A stretch of 27,647 nucleotides of DNA, taken from positions 1 to 27,647 of the IMG/VR virus record IMGVR_UViG_3300022173_000023; one strand, given 5' to 3'. This DNA comes from a virus. Lineage: Duplodnaviria; Caudoviricetes. Position numbers and translations under genes: made by a program. The notes beneath the pieces are model-generated. The model had not been told where the DNA came from. It was given only the letters and a program-made list of their open reading frames with translations, and did not search any database. Positions 25,203 through 27,647 of this stretch are shown here, one piece after another. Position 1 is the stretch's first letter. The number at the start of each line of letters is the position of its first letter.

Positions 25203-26363
25203 ATGTTCGACAACGAAACCGTCTCGGCGGTGGCGGGCATCGCCGCGCGCATCAATGTGGAATCCGCCGCACTATTGGCCGTGGCAGAGATCGAATCCGC
25301 CGGCAAAGCCTATGCGCGGGTCAAGGGCCGCAATGAGCCGTTGATCCGGTTCGAGGGCCACTACTTCGATCGTCGTCTGTCAGCGACCGAGAGGAAGGCT
25401 GCACGGGCCGCCGGGCTGGCCTCTCCGAAGGCTGGTGCGATCGCCAACCCATCGAAGCAGGAAGACCGGTGGAAGCTGCTGGACCGAGCGACCGACATCA
25501 ATGCCGCTGCCGCGCTGGAAAGCGTCTCGTGGGGCGTCGGGCAAGTCATGGGCGCGCATTGGAAGCTGCTCGGCTTCGCCAGCGTCACCGAACTTGTGAA
25601 CCTGGCGCGTAGAGACGTTGCCGGGCAAGTCGAGATCATGGCGCGCTTTATCGAGGTGAACCCCAATCTCGCGGCGGCGCTGCGAAAGAAGGATTGGGCC
25701 AAGTTCGCGCGGGGCTACAACGGCTCGGGCTACAAGGCCAACCGCTACGATACGAAGATGGCGGCGGCCTACACGCGATTGGCGAAGGAACCGCCCGCCG
25801 TGGCCCCGCCAGCGCCCGTTGAGCCCGTCCCGGTCCAGCCACAGCGCTATACCGACAAGGCTACTATCGAGCGCGTGCAGACCCGCCTGAAGGAACTCGG
25901 CTACAGCGAGGTCGGCGGCATCGACGGCAAGATCGGGGACCTGACCCGGACGGCCATCCTCGCGTTCCGAAACGAGAACGGGTTGCCAGTCATCGATACG
26001 ATCGATGACGAACTGCTGTTGACCCTGTCCACGGCCAAGCCGCGCAAACTCGCGCCGGAACGGACGGAAGCCCCGCCATCCGTCGTGCATGACAAGATTC
26101 CCGAGGCGAAGATGTCGTTCTGGTCCAAGGTCATCTCGTTCATCGTCGGTGCGCCGGCCGCCGCGATCGGCTTGGTCGGCGGATCGCTGGAATATCTCGG
26201 CGCGGCCAAGGGCTACATCGATCCGATCAAGGAGGGTGCTGCGGACATTCCCGGCTACGTCTGGATCGGCGGCGTGGTTGCGGTCTCGGTCGTGCTGTTC
26301 CTGCTATCGAGGCGAGGCGAGGCCAAGAGCGTCGAGGCGTTCCAGTCGGGTGAGAGGCGATGA
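25203..26363 (+). CDS. Endolysin: DUF3380 N-acetylmuramidase, peptidoglycan-binding domain and C-terminal TM segment(s)
   Basis: AVAEIESAG, IRFEGHYF, SWGVGQVMG.HW and FARGYNG motifs; PG_binding_1-like VQTRLKELGY..GGIDGKIG..TR.AILAF; hydrophobic C-terminus. AAGGAG SD. Confidence 0.92.
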   Translation: MFDNETVSAVAGIAARINVESAALLAVAEIESAGKAYARVKGRNEPLIRFEGHYFDRRLSATERKAARAAGLASPKAGAIANPSKQEDRWKLLDRATDINAAAALESVSWGVGQVMGAHWKLLGFASVTELVNLARRDVAGQVEIMARFIEVNPNLAAALRKKDWAKFARGYNGSGYKANRYDTKMAAAYTRLAKEPPAVAPPAPVEPVPVQPQRYTDKATIERVQTRLKELGYSEVGGIDGKIGDLTRTAILAFRNENGLPVIDTIDDELLLTLSTAKPRKLAPERTEAPPSVVHDKIPEAKMSFWSKVISFIVGAPAAAIGLVGGSLEYLGAAKGYIDPIKEGAADIPGYVWIGGVVAVSVVLFLLSRRGEAKSVEAFQSGERR

Positions 26364-26656
26364 TCGGATGGCTCCTCGATGCTGTTCCCCTCTGGGCGTG
26401 GCTGATCCTCGCCGCCGTCGCCCTGATGGCTGCGTGGCGGCTCCTAGGCCTGCGAGGCGTCATCGCAGCGGCGGGAGCCGTGGCGGGCTTCCTGGCCTAC
26501 CGGACGGGCCGGAAACAGGGCGGGGCAGACGCGCTCGCCCGACAGCACAAAGCAGATGCAAAGGCGGTGGAAAACCATGACCGGATCGAAGCGGAAACTG
26601 ATCGCATGTCTGATGCTCAGCTTGATGCCGAAAACGAGAAGTGGGTCCGGCGCTAG
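26360..26656 (+). CDS. Inner-membrane spanin-like protein (Rz-like)
   Basis: N-terminal hydrophobic helices followed by a charged helical domain; ATGA-coupled to the endolysin and upstream of a lipoprotein. Confidence 0.65.
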   Translation: MIGWLLDAVPLWAWLILAAVALMAAWRLLGLRGVIAAAGAVAGFLAYRTGRKQGGADALARQHKADAKAVENHDRIEAETDRMSDAQLDAENEKWVRR

Positions 26657-27267
26657 GTGATGTTGCGATAACGAGACCGCGCCTTCACGCATTGGATCAC
26701 GCTGCCGCTTACTCCATAAACCGTTGCCAGTTGGCTTAGGCTCCGTGGATCGCCGCGTATCTGACGGACTTGGTCTGGAGTAAGGCGGCGCTTTCTAAAG
26801 TTCACGTGAGGAGCATTCAGCCCGAACTTCTGTCGCTCCTTTTTGAGCATGTCGCGCACATTGTCCTTCTGTGTCCCCAGAAACAAGTGATCCGGGTTGA
26901 CGCATGCCGGAGTGTCGCACCGGTGGCATACAAGCAAACCTACCGGGATATCCCCGTTATGTTCGATGTAGGAAATGCGGTGCGCTGGCTGCGGCTTGCC
27001 TCGATAACCGATGACGCCATAGCCGCCTGTTATTCGCGATCCGGTCCATATCCAACACCCGCCAGGAATCTTCTCAATGCTTCGGTTGAAGGCGAGCATG
27101 AATTCGTCATGCGACCGCCGGCTAGAGAGCGCATGGCAGGCGCGAGAGCACCAAAACGAGGTGGTTTCTCGTCCGTGCTTGGGATGGAATCGAGCGGCGC
27201 AATCTCGGCAGTCGATGATGACGTTCTTGTTCCGATTTCGCCCTATATGAAGGATAGTATCAGTCAT
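26653..27267 (-). CDS. Free-standing HNH endonuclease (zinc finger, HNH_3-like core, C-terminal HTH)
   Basis: CRDC...CSRAC; CWIWTG...GYG...AHRISY...VCHRCDTPACVNPDHLFLGTQKDN; LTPDQVRQIR...LATVYGVS. Confidence 0.9.
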   Translation of the reverse strand: MTDTILHIGRNRNKNVIIDCRDCAARFHPKHGRETTSFWCSRACHALSSRRSHDEFMLAFNRSIEKIPGGCWIWTGSRITGGYGVIGYRGKPQPAHRISYIEHNGDIPVGLLVCHRCDTPACVNPDHLFLGTQKDNVRDMLKKERQKFGLNAPHVNFRKRRLTPDQVRQIRGDPRSLSQLATVYGVSGSVIQCVKARSRYRNIT

Positions 27268-27475
27268 GAACCCATTGAATCACAAGGCATTAGCGCTCGC
27301 AATAGGAATTCTAACTATCGCTGGGTGCGTAAGCACGAGCGCTGACGTGTGGTGCAAGACGAACGACCCGCGCCGTCCGACAGAGGCGGAATACGCGGGA
27401 ATGGACCGGGTATCGCGCGAAAAGATGCGGACCCACAATGAGTATGGCGTGAAGCTCTGCGGATGGAAGGCCTGA
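27266..27475 (+). CDS. Outer-membrane lipoprotein spanin-like protein (Rz1-like)
   Basis: Signal peptide with lipobox IAG-C21, short mature part with two more Cys, AAGGA SD at 27250-27254, within the lysis cassette. Confidence 0.72.
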   Translation: MNPLNHKALALAIGILTIAGCVSTSADVWCKTNDPRRPTEAEYAGMDRVSREKMRTHNEYGVKLCGWKA

Positions 27476-27479
27476 CGGA

Positions 27480-27647
27480 ATGCCAGCTACCAACGTAGAG
27501 CGAACCCTTGGCCTGCTTCTCGCCAAAGTGGAGGGCATCGAGAGGCATCTCGTCCAGGTTCGCGACGACATGCACGATTCCGAGCAGAAGTCCGACACGA
27601 GCCGGGCCAACGTGCACCGGAGGCTGGACGAAGCGACAAACCGGTCC
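27480..27647 (+). CDS. DUF1515-like coiled-coil protein (possible holin-type lysis protein), 3' truncated by the window
   Basis: Manually read open frame to the window end: MPATNVERTLGLLLAKVEGIERHLVQVRDDMHDSEQKSDTSRANVHRRLDE. The SE.KSD.SRA.VHRR.DE motif resembles rhizobial DUF1515 proteins. Confidence 0.55.
   Translation, partial: MPATNVERTLGLLLAKVEGIERHLVQVRDDMHDSEQKSDTSRANVHRRLDEATNRS

Larger units (their letters stand above)
1..27647 (+). mobile_element. Phage/prophage morphogenesis and lysis module (HK97-fold head, siphovirus-type tail); extends beyond both window ends
   Basis: Co-oriented, tightly coupled run of terminase, capsid, portal, neck, tail tube, chaperone, tape measure, tail tip, fibre and lysis genes. 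No sheath gene. No att site or integrase in view, so prophage vs free phage cannot be decided. Confidence 0.96.

Noticed and set aside
26657-27265. Group I intron or intein carrying the HNH
   Set aside because: The HNH is antisense to the operon and fills the whole interval, leaving no room for a ribozyme core; both flanking genes are complete.
26770-27345. 191-aa plus-strand ORF
   Set aside because: Antisense shadow of the HNH gene with no recognisable features.

Overview
The window is the late (morphogenesis and lysis) operon of a high-GC, long non-contractile-tailed (siphovirus-like) phage or prophage. The host is most likely an alphaproteobacterium (Rhizobiales-like tail tip, DUF3380 lysin and DUF1515-like genes; inferred). 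Almost all genes are on + and many are translationally coupled: terS, terL, a prohead protease-major capsid fusion, two tandem paralogous beta-rich proteins, a small ORF, the portal (placed AFTER the capsid gene), a repeat/collagen fibre-like protein, head-tail joining genes, tail tube, a tail assembly chaperone with a -1 frameshift, a tape measure protein with a lysozyme-like domain, tail tip genes, a 1345-aa tail fibre, a membrane-anchored endolysin, spanins and a partial DUF1515-like gene. The least explained features are: (i) a near-perfect RNA pseudoknot abutting a ribosome binding site in the tail operon (11518-11557); (ii) an antisense cassette of two tiny single-TM proteins, one missing from the ORF track, behind a sigma70-like promoter positioned for leaderless translation (24814-25164); (iii) an antisense HNH endonuclease wedged with no spacer between the two spanin genes; (iv) an internal start inside the protease-capsid fusion; (v) an 11-bp hairpin just after the chaperone slippery site; (vi) an SGNH esterase domain in the fibre that is split by an inserted domain. 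No integrase, repressor, tRNA, CRISPR or reverse transcriptase is visible. All family assignments come from motif recognition by eye, not database searches.
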